A DNA stretch of 64,000 nucleotides, from the NCBI RefSeq assembly GCF_026210795.1, contig NC_089435.1:682001-746000 (forward strand). The letters are read 5' to 3'. Positions 12,586 through 26,019 of the stretch are shown here, piece by piece; position 1 is the stretch's first letter, and each line of letters opens with the position of its first letter. The notes below the pieces were generated by a model. The model did no database searches. It saw nothing but the letters and a program-made list of their open reading frames with translations, and had not been told where the DNA came from. A program made the position numbers and the translations under genes. This DNA comes from Rhizophagus irregularis. Taxonomy: Eukaryota.

Positions 12586-14186
12586 TCAATGTTGCTGCAC
12601 CTCAACGTGGTGATCAGGTGGCAACAAGTTTTTTAAAAGGCTTGGCTACGGCAGCAACAAATAGTAATTAGTACATATTACAATAAGATCATAAATCGAT
12701 TTGTTCGCTTTATTAATTGATTTCATACAATCATAACTAAATAAATAATTTGATAAAACTATTTGATTTTGAATTATTTTCCATAATAATATTTTTAGGA
12801 CTGGCACGCTCACGTTAAAGAAACTTTAACATTCAAATTTAAACAATGATGTTTTAAAAAAACCTTTCAATCATATGATAAAGATATTGTAAGTTAATTA
12901 AAGTAGGAATCTTAAAATTAGAAACCTTGATTTCAAGCAGAAACCTGAGAATCACGTTCAATAAGAAAATTTAACAATTATTTTACTTTCGTCATTAGTT
13001 TATATTAAATTTGAAATGTTTAAATTTAACTCCATGAATTTCTTAAATAAAAATAATGGCAATTTTGCATTAGACAATTAGATAACAAATTTTTGCATGC
13101 TTACATACTTAAAATGTTGATCATTTTCATCTGTGATGAAATAATGAATTGGATATTTATTTGACATTATTACAAATGACATTATACTTTTAACATTTGT
13201 AAAGAGAACTTTATATTAAATTTATAAATCATTCAAATATAAACTTGTAAACTTTTTGTATATATAATATATATACATGTTTCGATTGTTTCGTATGGTG
13301 GTAATACGATATGATCAGTCAATAGATGATATCATAGCTGTAACTGTCAGAACGTAACTATTTTAATAATACTGAAAGTTTGATTATCCTTTTAAATGAA
13401 TAAAATTTTTCACAATTTAGATATGTTTCTTTTAAAAAAAAATTTTATTGGTTTAATATAACAAAATTAATAAAAGTGAATAGTGTATAAATAAAGGAAT
13501 GAAAATGTAAAACATCTAATAAGTGAAATATAAATTTTATAAAGTTCATCAAACTTTAGAAAGTGACTTAAATACTACGTTAATTATAAATTTTATTTAG
13601 TTTCACACATAATCGTATATTTTGTGATTTTTGTCAAAAGAACTTTCTGAATTCTTTGGAATGGCTTACTCATCAAGCTTCATAATGTTCATTTTTACGT
13701 TATTTGCTAGTAATGCACGTACTATTATTATCTAAAAAATTTATCTTTTGTTACAGATTTTAAAGTTTTAATTCTTTTGGAAAAGTATATAGCACAAATC
13801 ACGGATCTAGTTTAAAAGAGTTTTTCTCAAATCTCAATGCCGAATTTTTTTACCTTTAGAAGTGTGGAATTCCAAAGAATTCGGATCTTTACGGCAACAT
13901 GGTTATATTTTAAACACCGCACTTAACAATTAGTAAATAAACATAAAAAATGTGTATATTTACTATTTACTAGCAGTTATCAACAAAAAATATTATTTAT
14001 TTATTTCTTATGAATCTATTTTAAATAAATCTTTTAAAGTTATTAATGACCAATATCGGCAAACAATGCTATTACTTTAATATACAATACTTTAAAAAAA
14101 AAAACAAATGAAATAAATTCTATAAATTCTATAACAGTATTTTGCTTATTTATTTTATTTAAGCATTAAGCAATAATATTCTCAAT

Positions 14187-17100
14187 TTACTTTACATGAA
14201 TTTGTTCCAATTTATTTTGAGCATTTTGATTTCCTTGTAATGCAGATTTTTTATACCAGTAAATTGCTTGATTTATGTCTTTAACAATTCCTTTTCCATT
14301 CTCATACATAAAAGCAAGATTATATTGGGCTGTAATATTTCCTAAATCTGCTGCCTTTTGATATAATTCAAATGCCTTTTTAAAATCAATATCAGTTCCA
14401 ATTCCTTTTTGATAACAACGTCCTAAATAAAATATTCCAGTTGCATTTCCTAAATCTGCTGCCTTTTGATATAATTCAAATGCCTTTTTAAAATCAATAT
14501 CAATTCCAATTCCTTTTTTATAACAATATCCTAAATTAGTTATTCCACCTGCATATCCTAAATCTGCTGCCTTTTGATATAATTCAAATGCTTTTTTTAA
14601 ATCAATATCAGTTCCAATTCCTTGTTCATAACAATATCCTAAATTAGTTATTCCACCTGCATATCCTAAATCTGCTGCCTTTTGATATAATTCAAATGCT
14701 TTTTTTAAATCAATATCAGTTCCAATTCCTTTTTGATAACAACGTCCTAAATAAAATATTCCAGTTGCATTTCCTAAATCTGCTGCCTTTTGATATAATT
14801 CAAATGCCTTTTTAGAATCAATATCAGTTCCAATTCCTTTTTGATAACAACGTCCTAAATAAAATATTCCAGTTGCATTTCCTAAATCTGCTGCCTTTTG
14901 ATATAATTCAAATGCCTTTTTAAAATCAATATCAGTTCCAATTCCTTTTTGATAACAACATCCTAAATAAAATATTCCAGTTGCATTTCCTAAATCTGCT
15001 GCCTTTTGATATAATTCAAATGCCTTTTTAAAATCAATATCAGTTCCAATTACTTTTTGATAACAACGTCCTAAATAAAATATTCCAGTTGCATTTCCTA
15101 AATCTGCTGCCTTTTGATATAATTCAAATGCCTTTTTAAAATCAATATCAGTTCCAATTCCTTTTTGATAACAACATCCTAAATAAAATATTCCAGTTGC
15201 ATTTCCTAAATCTGCTGCCTTTTGATATAATTCAAATGCCTTTTTAAAATCAATATCAGTTCCAATTCCTTTTTGATAACAACATCCTAAATAAAATATT
15301 CCAGTTGCATTTCCTAGATCTGCTGCCTTTTGATATAATTCAAATGCCGTTTTAAAATCAATATCAGTTCCAATTCCCTTTATATAACAATCACCTAAAT
15401 AAAATATTCCATCTGCATTTCCTAAATCTGCTGCCTTTTGATATAATTCAAATGCCTTTTTAAAATCAATATCAATTCCAATTCCTTTTTTATAACAATA
15501 TCCTAAATTAGTTATTCCACATGCATATCCTAAATCTGCTGCCTTTTGATATAATTCAAATGCTTTTTTTAAATCAATATCAGTTCCAATTCCTTGTTCA
15601 TAACAATATCCTAAATAAAATATTCCATCTGCATTTCCTAAATCTGCTGCCTTTTGATATAATTCAAATGCCTTTTTAAAATCAATATCAGTTCCAATTC
15701 CTTTTTGATAACAACATCCTAAATAAAATATTTCAGTTGCATTTCCTAAATCTGCTGCCTTTTGATATAATTCAAATGCCTTTTTAGAATCAATATCAGT
15801 TCCAATTCCTTTTTGATAACAACGCCCTAAATAATATATTCCATCTGCATATCCTAAATCTGCTGTTTTTTGATATAATTCAAATGCTTTTTTTAAATCA
15901 ATATCAGTTCCAATTCCTTGTTCATAACAATATCCTAAATTAGTTATTCCACATGCATATCCTAAATCTGCTGCCTTTTGATATAATTCAAATGCTTTTT
16001 TTAAATCAATATCAGTTCCAATTCCTTGTTTATAACAATCACCTAGACAATTTATTCCATCTGCATTTCCTAAATCTGCTGCCTTTTGATATAATTCAAA
16101 TGCCTTTTTTATATCAATATCAGTTCCAATTCCTTGTTTATAACAATATCCTAAATTAGTTATTCCACCTGCATATCCTAAATCTGCTGCATTTTGATAT
16201 AATTCAAATGCTTTTTTTAAATCAATATCAGTTCCAATTCCTTGTTCATAACAATATCCTAAATAAAATATTCCATCTGCATTTCCTAAATCTGCTGCCT
16301 TTTGATATAATTCAAATGCCTTTTTTATATCAATATCAGTTCCAATTCCTTGTTTATAACAATATCCTAAATTAGTTATTCCACCTGCATATCCTAAATC
16401 TGCTGCCTTTTGATATAATTCAAATGCTTTTTTTAAATCAATATCAGTTCCAATTCCTTGTTCATAACAATATCCTAAATAAAATATTCCATCTGCATTT
16501 CCTAAATCTGCTGCCTTTTGATATAATTCAAATGCCTTTTTAAAATCAATATCAGTTCCAATTCCTTTTTGATAACAACATCCTAAATAAAATATTTCAG
16601 TTGCATTTCCTAAATCTGCTGCCTTTTGATATAATTCAAATGCTTTTTTTAAATCAATATCAGTTCCAATTCCTTGTTCATAACAATATCCTAAATAAAA
16701 TATTCCATCTGCATTTCCTAAATCTGCTGCCTTTTGATATAATTCAAATGCCTTTTTTATATCAATATCAGTTCCAATTCCTTGTTTATAACAATATCCT
16801 AAATTAGTTATTCCACCTGCATATCCTAAATCTGCTGCCTTTTGATATAATTCAAATGCTTTTTTAAAATCAATATCAGTTCCAATTCCTTGTTCATAAC
16901 AATATCCTAATTTAGTTATTCCACTTGCATATCCTAAATCTGCTGCCTTTTGATATAATTCAAATGCTTTTTTTAAATCAATATTAGTTCCAATTCCTTT
17001 AAAATAACAAAATCCTAAATTAGCTATTCCACTTGCATATCCTAAATCTGCTGATTTTTGATTTAATTCAAATGCCTTTTTAAAATCAACATCAGTTCCA

Positions 17101-18931
17101 ATTCCTTTAAAATAACAAAATCCTAAATAGTTTATTCCTTTTGAATATTCTCTTTCAGCTACTTTCTTAAATAATTCAAAAGCTTTATCATAATCTTTAT
17201 AAACACCATTCCCATATGTATAACAGCAACCAAGATTATATTGTGCTATAATATTTCCTGAATTTGCAGCTACCTGATATAATTCAAATGCCTTTTTTTT
17301 ATCAATATTAATTTCAATTCCTAAATAATTAAAATCTCCAAGTAAAACAATAGAATTTGAATGATTTTGATTATTTAATAACCAAATATAAATTTCCTGT
17401 GGAGTTATATTATGATTATTAAGATAATTATAAATGCATAGTCTTTCTAATTCTTCATTTTCTACGCTTAATTTATCAGAAAGTTCAACCATTTCATCAA
17501 CTGTCACCTTAAAGTTATTATTCGATAATATTGAAGAATCTATTTCTTTAGTATTCATTTTGTTAAACTTTTGAATAAATTTGGATAATTCCCCATGTGA
17601 TGGTGATGAAGTATTTATAGGATCTTCAAAAGCATTCAAATCGAGTTGTTGTTTACTTGATAATTGGTTTGTACAAGAGTCATTTGTCCGAATATCGTCT
17701 ATAATCATATTATTATTCTTCAGAATAATTGCATTTAATTTAAAGACCACCTGATTGATAGTTGGACGATTATCTGGTTCATTATTCCAACAATCTAAAA
17801 ATAAATAGAATTAATTTAATTAACATTAATATAAACATAAATTAATTATTAATTATATTTACCAGCATAAATATTTACATAATCTTCGGGCGTATCAGGA
17901 ATGGGTGTCTCTCTAAGGCCTTGTGATATATTAATTGCTAAACAAACGTCATTCGGTTTACCTTCAGTATCAAAAGGAGGATTTCCACTAGATATCTCCC
18001 ATAAAAGTATTCCAATACTATAAATATCACTTTTTTTATTCAATTTATAATCTTGATTACTAAAACTTTTTGGGTCAATATAAGGAACCATTCCAAATAA
18101 TTTCGTTGAAGAAAGGTTGGATGATTCTTCAATTCTTTTTGATAGACCAAAATCAGCTAATTTAACTATATTTTGATGAACTAATACATTTTTGGAATGC
18201 TATTAATATTATTAAATACAATAAATTTATTAATTACAATTCAACAAACATGAAATAACAAAATGTAAACAAATGAATTACCAGATCACGGTGAATAATT
18301 CCTTCGTCGTGTAAGCATAATATAGCACAAGCCAACTGAAATGCCATATTAGATTTATTATTCCAAGTAAGATTATCAAAATGTTTCTTCAAATATTCTC
18401 GAAGAGTACCTCCATTTGCATATTCCATTACTAACAAATATTTTTTTGAATTATCAACTTGATTTTCTTTGTAAAAAAAATAAAATAAAATAATAAATTT
18501 AGATTTTACAATCAAATTATGCATGAAAAGAAGGTATATTGTACCTGTTGCAATACCACAGAAACGAATAATATTCTCATGAAAATCCACTTCACGCTGA
18601 ATTTTAAGCTAAATAGAATTTTAAATTAGAAGTTATATAAATTATAATGTAATAATTATTTTATTATTACCTCTTTAACTATCTCTTTAATTGTGACGTT
18701 GTTACAATTGAAAAAAGATTTTAATGCCAAATAATATGGAGAACTTTTCCATTTCGCACGGTAAACTTTCCCAAACCCTCCAACCCCAATTTCTTGAAAA
18801 TTAGTAAACTGATTGAGTTCATAATATTTAAAGTAATCTTTTGCAATGGCTTCCTCAATCCAATTAATCCACTCATTATTTGAATTTTCAGTAAATTTTA
18901 CGGGTATATTAGACTCAGTGTTATTAGACAT
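14187..18931 (-). CDS. Tyrosine-kinase-like protein kinase with ~29 C-terminal Sel1-like repeats (5 exons)
   Basis: Exons 18931-18671, 18608-18545, 18466-18282, 18199-17863 and 17794-14187 join in frame through GT-AG introns. GVGGFGKV, ALK, HRDLHSKN, DFG and DCWNNEPDNRP are all present, followed by 36-aa Sel1 repeats. Confidence 0.92.
14330..17130 (-). repeat. 108-bp near-identical coding tandem repeat (~26 units) encoding Sel1 repeats
   Basis: cctaaatctgctgccttttgatataattcaaatgc recurs every 108 bp. Confidence 0.95.
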
Positions 18932-20577
18932 TATTGGACTTCTTAAATTTTATTGACGAAGTTAATATTTTTTTTTTTTCATGCGATTTAAGTTTTCTTC
19001 TTATAAGGACTTGTATTACCAAAACGTAATTGTGCATGGAAGTACAGTAACTGTCGATCACTTCAGGTGATACTTTAAAAATAGGTGCACTGATTGTACT
19101 GTGTAATGATTTATATATGATCAAAAATCCCGGATAGCAATCTTGGGTGCATCCAGGGTACTTTGGGATTTATGAACAACTACTTTGGATACAACCCGGT
19201 GTAATGCTGGAAATTACCCAGTGAATTTGTTAATTGTGGGGCGCAGTATTATATTTAGCTTAAGCGTATAAAATTTGAAGTATTATAATTGTGGAATGTT
19301 ACAAATGTAACATCCGTAACGATGTAAAACTATTCTTGTGTTCATCTCTATTTTTAGATTTGGGTACGGGAATTAAGTTCGGGAGACTACTAAATAAGGA
19401 AATGAAAGTGAAGATCAAATAAAAGAAGTTTTGAAAAGTCGATATTAATGAAAAGTCGAAAATGACATTTTTGAAATTCTTATAATGAGAGGAAAAGGTT
19501 TACTAAAAGTAAAATTTGTCAAATTGAAATTGGAAGATTTCAAAAAGGGAAGACGAAAAACACTGAATTTATTTTAATGAAAATAAATCATTTTACTATT
19601 AAAAGGGAGATAGATTGTATTAAGGAAAAAGGATTTTTTTTTCATTTTGGATTTTATTTTTATAATTTTGAGTATTACATTAACCAAGCGTTGTATATTA
19701 TTAATAAAGGATTATTTTTGTAGCAACGTGATTATCCATCACGGGCATAAGTATGATCATAGAATTTACGTAATTTACGTTTCAGTTTATATTATGCAGA
19801 TCAGATTTTAGTTAATTCGAGCCAGAATTATCTCTAAATACGGGCTGCAATTTTCAACGTTGTTTAATATTTTTTAGAATCATAAAATCATAAACAATAT
19901 CGCATAAAATTGCAATTTTAATTAAAAATTCTGGTCTGGGTACGGTTCAGACCACATTTTCATATTTTAATTAATAACGAGTAGAAATGCGTCTAACACC
20001 GTCCCTGGACATCAGTAATGTAATAATTTAATGTGCAATTGTTATTTGTTTAATTAAATATAATATAACAATGATAATAAAATCAAAAGTGAAAATGAAA
20101 GAAAATAAAATAAAAATGCACAGGGAGCATAAATAAATTGATTTAATATATTTGTTTCAAATATATCTATTAATTTATTAAATTTGACTTGGTACCCAAG
20201 GATTGGTTGGTATATAACTTTGGTTATTAATAGTAGAATATCTTGAAGTGTATGAAGTATTTTAGTTAATATATTACCTCAAACTTTATAATAAAGTACG
20301 GACTGATCTTTTATAAATTTTATAATTATCATTTTGAAAAGCCTGTAATTGATTTTGTAATTGTCTTAGCATATTTTCAGAATCATCTTAATAATTTAAT
20401 TGTCAAAAATATAATGTTGAAAAAATATGATATGATATAATTAAAAGTTGGTTTTTTATTGTGAAAATGATAAAAATTGTAATTTCTTTTCATACCGTTC
20501 TTTATGCAATATCACTCTCATTATGAAACATTTTTTAAATAATCTCATGATAATATTTTTTTGAATTTTGCAACTAA

Positions 20578-20799
20578 GGGCGGGCAAAAAAATTTTTTAG
20601 ATTCTCGTGACATAAAATTCTAAAAATGACCGGAATTTTATATATGTAAAATTTTTTCATATGTAAAATTTTTTACGCACATTGGCCAAAAACTTAAAAT
20701 CACGTGATAAATTTTTTTTTACTATAAAAAAAAAAATCCATTTTTCGAAAAACTGACCTGGCCGGGTAACGAGAATCTAAATTTTATTTTTGTCCGGCA
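20578..20799. mobile_element. PIF/Harbinger-type (Tourist-like) MITE, 222 bp
   Basis: Imperfect ~33-bp TIRs (gggcgggcaaaaa...tagattctcgtgac / gtaacgagaatcta...tttgtccggca) flanked by TAA on both sides. Confidence 0.7.
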
Positions 20800-20879
20800 T
20801 AAAATAGGTCAGTGTTATGATTTGTATAAGTAACTTAATGTCACATAAAAAATAAATGATTTAATGATTGTCGTACATG

Positions 20880-21060
20880 GATTATTTCATGAACATGAAA
20901 AGTGCTAAATACCTTGCTTTTCAAAATCATTTCACTGATGCTTATGATTATTTTGTCTGAAAGATGAAGTACTAAAGGAGTTTAAGTTATATAGTAATAT
21001 AGTAATCCAAAATTATAATGATTTGAAAATTAAATTTATCAAATTTTTAAGAGACTAATT
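20880..21060 (+). pseudogene. 3' remnant of an F-box/LRR gene paralogous to 1-1233
   Basis: aaataccttgcttttcaaaatcatttcactgatg...gtaatccaaaattataatgatttgaaaattaaatttatc matches 1084-1217, and the downstream sequence matches too. Confidence 0.8.
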
Positions 21061-21545
21061 ATTAACGGTTAATATTCAGCAGATTTACGTAATAAGATAT
21101 TTTATTTTTTATATTTATACATTAAAAAATAAATAATAAATAAATAAATTTAAAATTCTGATGGTCACAGTTTTTTTATCAGGTGTGTATTTTTTTTTTA
21201 AAAAAAAAAGGTTCGTCCAGATAATTTAATGAAATAACTAGGGTAATTTGGTATTGTTAGTGAGTTATAATATAATTATTGCATTATTCAGTAATTATTT
21301 ATATATATTTTAAGTAATATAATAGGGTTTATATTAAAAAGTTGATTTGTATTTTGTATATTTATCAAATAATAAATTTTATGGTTTATTTTGAGTTTAT
21401 TAGTTTTATTAAAGAAATATTATATTTAATGATCAAAATGAATTAATCCTGTAACATGTTAAATGGTAATAATATAAAGATAAATATAAATATAATAGTT
21501 TGTATTGATTTTAATAAAATATTAGATATGATGATAATGTTAAGT

Positions 21546-21785
21546 ATACGTCAAGGTTGCATGGGATGATCTCCCTCCTGAATATTATCGAAAATTAATT
21601 GATAGTATGCCTCAGAGGGTCAATGCTGTTATTTTCGCGAATGGATATAGAATTAATTATTAAATTTTTGTAAAATTCAATAAAGGAAGGCGTAATGAAC
21701 ATGTTAAATTTTTATTTTCATTTTATAAAACATATAAAAATTTTTTAATTTTGAAAAGTGGCCGGATCATTTAGGCCACCATCTG
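21546..21785 (+). mobile_element. 3' remnant of a Tc1/mariner transposon (transposase C-terminus plus right TIR)
   Basis: VKVAWDDLPPEYYRKLIDSMPQRVNAVIFANGYRINY* is the typical Tc1 C-terminal SMPxR...VI...G motif; TIR-like end ...ggccaccatctg followed by TA. Confidence 0.8.
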
Positions 21786-21857
21786 TATGTAACATGATCT
21801 GTCCATGTTATTTGATTGGTGGTCGGGTCATATTATACACAATTCTTTATTGCTAAT

Positions 21858-23079
21858 TAGTGTTTCGATCCGTTGCCGGGTTCAACCGGATAAACCCGGA
21901 TAATTTTTTTTTTTAGGTATCCGGATAATTACGGTTTTTACCCGGATAAATATCCGGATAAAAAATGGTCAGATTGACCCGGAATCCGGATAAAAAATAA
22001 AAAAAAATTTTAAAAAAATTTAAATCATAACATTTCATATATTTTCAGATGAGTTAAAATATTATATATGATTACTTTAAATATTTTTTTTTATTGTTTT
22101 AATTATTCGTTAACCACAAGGAAAAATTTTAAGTTATGTCACAAGATTTGTCACATAATTTGAATTTAATATATTAAATTCGCGGCATTTATTATTGATT
22201 TGTTTTCAGATATAATGTGTTCTGTGGGTGGTGTTATTCCATGCTTAACAACAGATCCATCATATTTATAACTTTTTGTACATTTTCTCCATTATCTGAT
22301 ATAAACTGACAATATGCACGTATTTCTCCATTTTCACTTTGTTTTCTAACAAAATATTCCCATACCCAACTCACTTTTGTTTGTGGTTTAGTCATTGTAG
22401 TAGTTAGTTTAAAGGGATTTGGATTATTTGATATTTGACTTGTTAATTCAAGTATAGTTAACTTATTTTACTAGCACTTATCATCCTTTATTTTCCAAGT
22501 GTCCTAGATAATTTTTTAGGTCATCCTCTTTTTAGTATTAGAGTAATTTCTGTAACTTCATCACTGGACTCTTCATTTTCACTTAGAGTAATATAATCTT
22601 GAACGTTACTGTTTTCCATAATTTTATGAATTATTTTCCACTATTCAAAAATATGTTTCAAGTGAAATTACAAAAAAATCCAAGAAAATGATTACAGTAT
22701 TTATTTATTTTGGTTAGGGCTTAGGACTACATTAACTAACTGTACTTAAATTTATAAATAAAAAAATAAATGCTATAAATAAATTTTTATATCAATCCCA
22801 CGAAATTTAATTGTCATAAATTTAATAAATGCCACGAATTTAGTAGTTAATTAAATGCCATATATTTAATTAATTAAATGCCACATTAAATTAAATGAAT
22901 GCCACGAATTTTATTTATTAAAAATGATCTACAGTAAAAAAAATTTAAATAATTTTATCCGGATTTCGGTTTCTACCCGGATATATCCGGATTTTTATCC
23001 GAGTCGGATAATCCGGATAGAAACCGGATATTTTTTTTAATTTATCCGGATGACGGTTTCTGCCCGGATCGAAACACTA
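21858..23079 (-). mobile_element. Non-autonomous hAT element (1222 bp) with BED-finger remnant
   Basis: Perfect 15-bp TIR tagtgtttcgatccg/cggatcgaaacacta; 8-bp TSD ttgctaat; ccggata subterminal repeats; minus-strand SWVWEYF...RAYCQF at ~22300-22375. Absent from copy 2, which has a single attagcaa at 56461. Confidence 0.93.
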
Positions 23080-24199
23080 TTGCTAATATAATTTTCCGGT
23101 TAATGAAATTTTAATCACTTTTTTTACAAAAAAACTTAGTTTGTATTAATAATAATTTTTCTATTCCCATCCTCTTGGAATGAATGATGCAGCTATCCAG
23201 TTATTTTCAGTTTTTGTAATTACAAATTTTTTTTAAATGAATATTATTCCTTTTTCAGTCAAAGCCAATTTTTTTTCCATCATTGTAATTCTTTTATTTA
23301 TTTAGTGTTTTTAATAATTTTTTTATCACTATAAAAATTTGTTTTTAAATTTTCTATTAATAAAATAGTGGCAAAAAAAAAATAATAAAAATTGATATGA
23401 AAATATAGAAACATAATATGGACGAAATTATATTTATTTTGTAAAAGATATTTTGCGATGTGATTTTAACATGATTTATATAAAGAAAAAAACTCCATTA
23501 ATCCATTTATATTTTGAAACAATAAAATGATATATCTTTTTTTTATACTGTATATTCATACTGTATGCTTATAAAAAAATAAAATCTCCATATTTTTTAA
23601 TATTCCACATTTTAAAGTACTTAATTAAATTCATATATTTATTATTAAATTCAAATAATAGAATAGCATCTGTTTTTTAATACTAATATATTTCATTAAT
23701 TTATAATGTTTCATACATTGCATTTATTTATTAAGTTTCATTTATTCACATTTATTGTTAACCTTTTGTATACATGCAATTTACTTTATATATACTGCCT
23801 ATTATCAGAATAAGTATGTTAATTATGTAATCATTTATGAACTTAATAAATAAACGCGTTAAAAAAAGAATCAGAATAAGTAAAAATTGGCAAAAAATCG
23901 GATAGCCAATTTTTGGCTACATCTGTCCAATTTGTGACTTTTACAGCCGATTTCATAGATCGTTAGTGTATTACCAATATAAAAATGTAGATTCCATAAT
24001 CCATATACAATTTTTTTGTATGGTAAAAAATAAAGAAAAATTTATATTGTAATATTAAATTTAATTTTAAATAATAATGCTTTATTAAGTAATATTAAAT
24101 AAAAATTTAAATTTTAAAAATACATTAAAGAATGTAAATTTATTTGCAATTCAGTACGTATAGTATAATCATAAAAAATATAAATTACTCCACTGCATT

Positions 24200-25190
24200 T
24201 TCATGAAAATTGGATTTTGACTGCTAAACAACTTTTAATTAATAAAAGAAGTCGATTTCCTTTGACCAAAATGTTCAAAATACGTTCTGAAGTGACAAAA
24301 CAGAAAAAATAAAATTCATGAATGAGTACCGTTGTGAAAAACGTGAATAACCCTTCAAGTATTAACTGTACCTTCATGAAAATTAATATCCAAGCAGATT
24401 ATGACCCACTGAAAAACTTTCAATTAATATAAGAAGTCAATTTACTTTGACTAAAATGCTCAAAATACGCTCTGAAGTGACAAAACGGAAAAAATAAAAT
24501 TCGTGAATGAGTATCGTTGTGTAAAACGTGAATAACCCTTCAAGTATTAACTGTACCTTCATGAAAACTAATATTCAAACAGATTATAACTCGCTGAACA
24601 ACTTTCAATTAATATAAGAAGTTGATTTACTTTGACTAAAGTGCCTAAAATACGCTCTGAAGTGACAAAACGGAAAAAATAAAATTCGTGAATGAGTACC
24701 GTTGTGAAAAACGTGAATAACCCTTCAAGTATTAACTGTACCTTCGTGAAAATCAATATCCAAGTAGATTATCACCTGCTGAACAACATTCAATTAATAT
24801 AAGAAGTCGATTTACTTTGACTAAAGTGCTGAAAATACGCTCTAAAGTGATAAAACAGAAAAAATAAAATTCCATTGTGAAAAACGTGAATAACCCCTCA
24901 AGTATTAACTGTACCTTCATGAAAATTAATATCCAAGCAGATTTTGACCCGCCAAAAAACTTTCAATTAATCAATTAATATAAGAAGTCGATTTACTTTG
25001 ACTAAACTGCCCAAAATACGCTCTGAAGGTAAAAAAAATTTGTAACTTAGTACTATCATGTAAAAATGTAAATAACTCCAAAAATATTAACTGTGCTTTC
25101 ATGTAGATTAATATCTTAACAGCTTCAAACTTGCTGAACTACTTTTAATTAAAGAGCAAGATTTACTTTGGCCAAAATGCTCAAACCATA
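24200..25190. repeat. 185-bp tandem array (~5 units plus degenerate ends)
   Basis: (c/t)aattaata(t/a)aagaagt at 24236, 24421, 24606, 24791 and ~24972; bracketed by imperfect inverted repeats at 23968-23995 and 25415-25442. Confidence 0.9.
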
Positions 25191-26019
25191 ATTTGAAATA
25201 TGTGCAAACAAACTATAATATTTGTTTATATTTAAATTCTGAGTTATTTAATTTAAATATGTTTGTGTTTATATTTAAGGAAAAAAAATAAAATTTTACT
25301 TCTATTTTATTAGGTTTTTGTAAATGAAAAGACAAAAAAATAATCAGCTGAAAAAATAAAAAAATTCTTTGTTAATAACTGTAATACATGATCACATGTT
25401 GCAATATTAAAATCGGAAATCCTATATTTAAATTGGTAATACGTATTACATATATGACCGATAGGCCAAATTATATCTCCTGCTATTACAATTGTAAAAT
25501 AATATTAAAATTATGAATAAATTAAAAGTTTTTCTAATTTGAAAAATGCAAATCTCTCTGAATTACTCAAATTTTCAAATCTGTTTATTATAGTATAATC
25601 AATAGTTAATTTTTACTGCAAAATCTCCTAGGAATGGATAAATAAATACATATAAAATTTACTACCCAGTAAGGTTTTTTTGGATGGTTCTAACCTCTAC
25701 TTATTATTTATTTTATTTATTTTATTTTTTTTATAGAGAGAAATTGTCATAATACATGTATTATTTTAAAATTAACATTTTAAAAATTAAATTGAAAAAC
25801 TATAATTTATTAATTAACAATAAAATGTTTTTTGTTAAAATTATTTAAAAATTTTTTAAATTATAGCGAAAATGCTACAACAGTAAATAATATTATAATA
25901 GCGAAATTGATCAGCAAACAAATGAAAACATGCAAATATTGAATGATGTCTCAATTTAACAGGTATTTTCAGTGGCACAGGAAGAGTTTTTGCGAAAAGT
26001 TGGCATTAGAAGTTTTTTT

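Noticed and set aside
12203..12671. Overlapping ORFs rich in F/P/S or K/R/E (also 10901-11176, 31162-32101, 34027-34640)
   Set aside because: By-products of stop-poor purine/pyrimidine tracts, mostly inside transposons.
15953..16807. Short plus-strand ORFs (also 1654-1953, 26846-27385, 6990-7289, 62940-63179)
   Set aside because: Antisense shadows of real genes or pseudogenes.
24200..25190. CRISPR-like array in the 185-bp or 146-bp repeats
   Set aside because: The sequences between conserved blocks are homologous to each other rather than unique spacers, there are no cas genes, and the context is eukaryotic.
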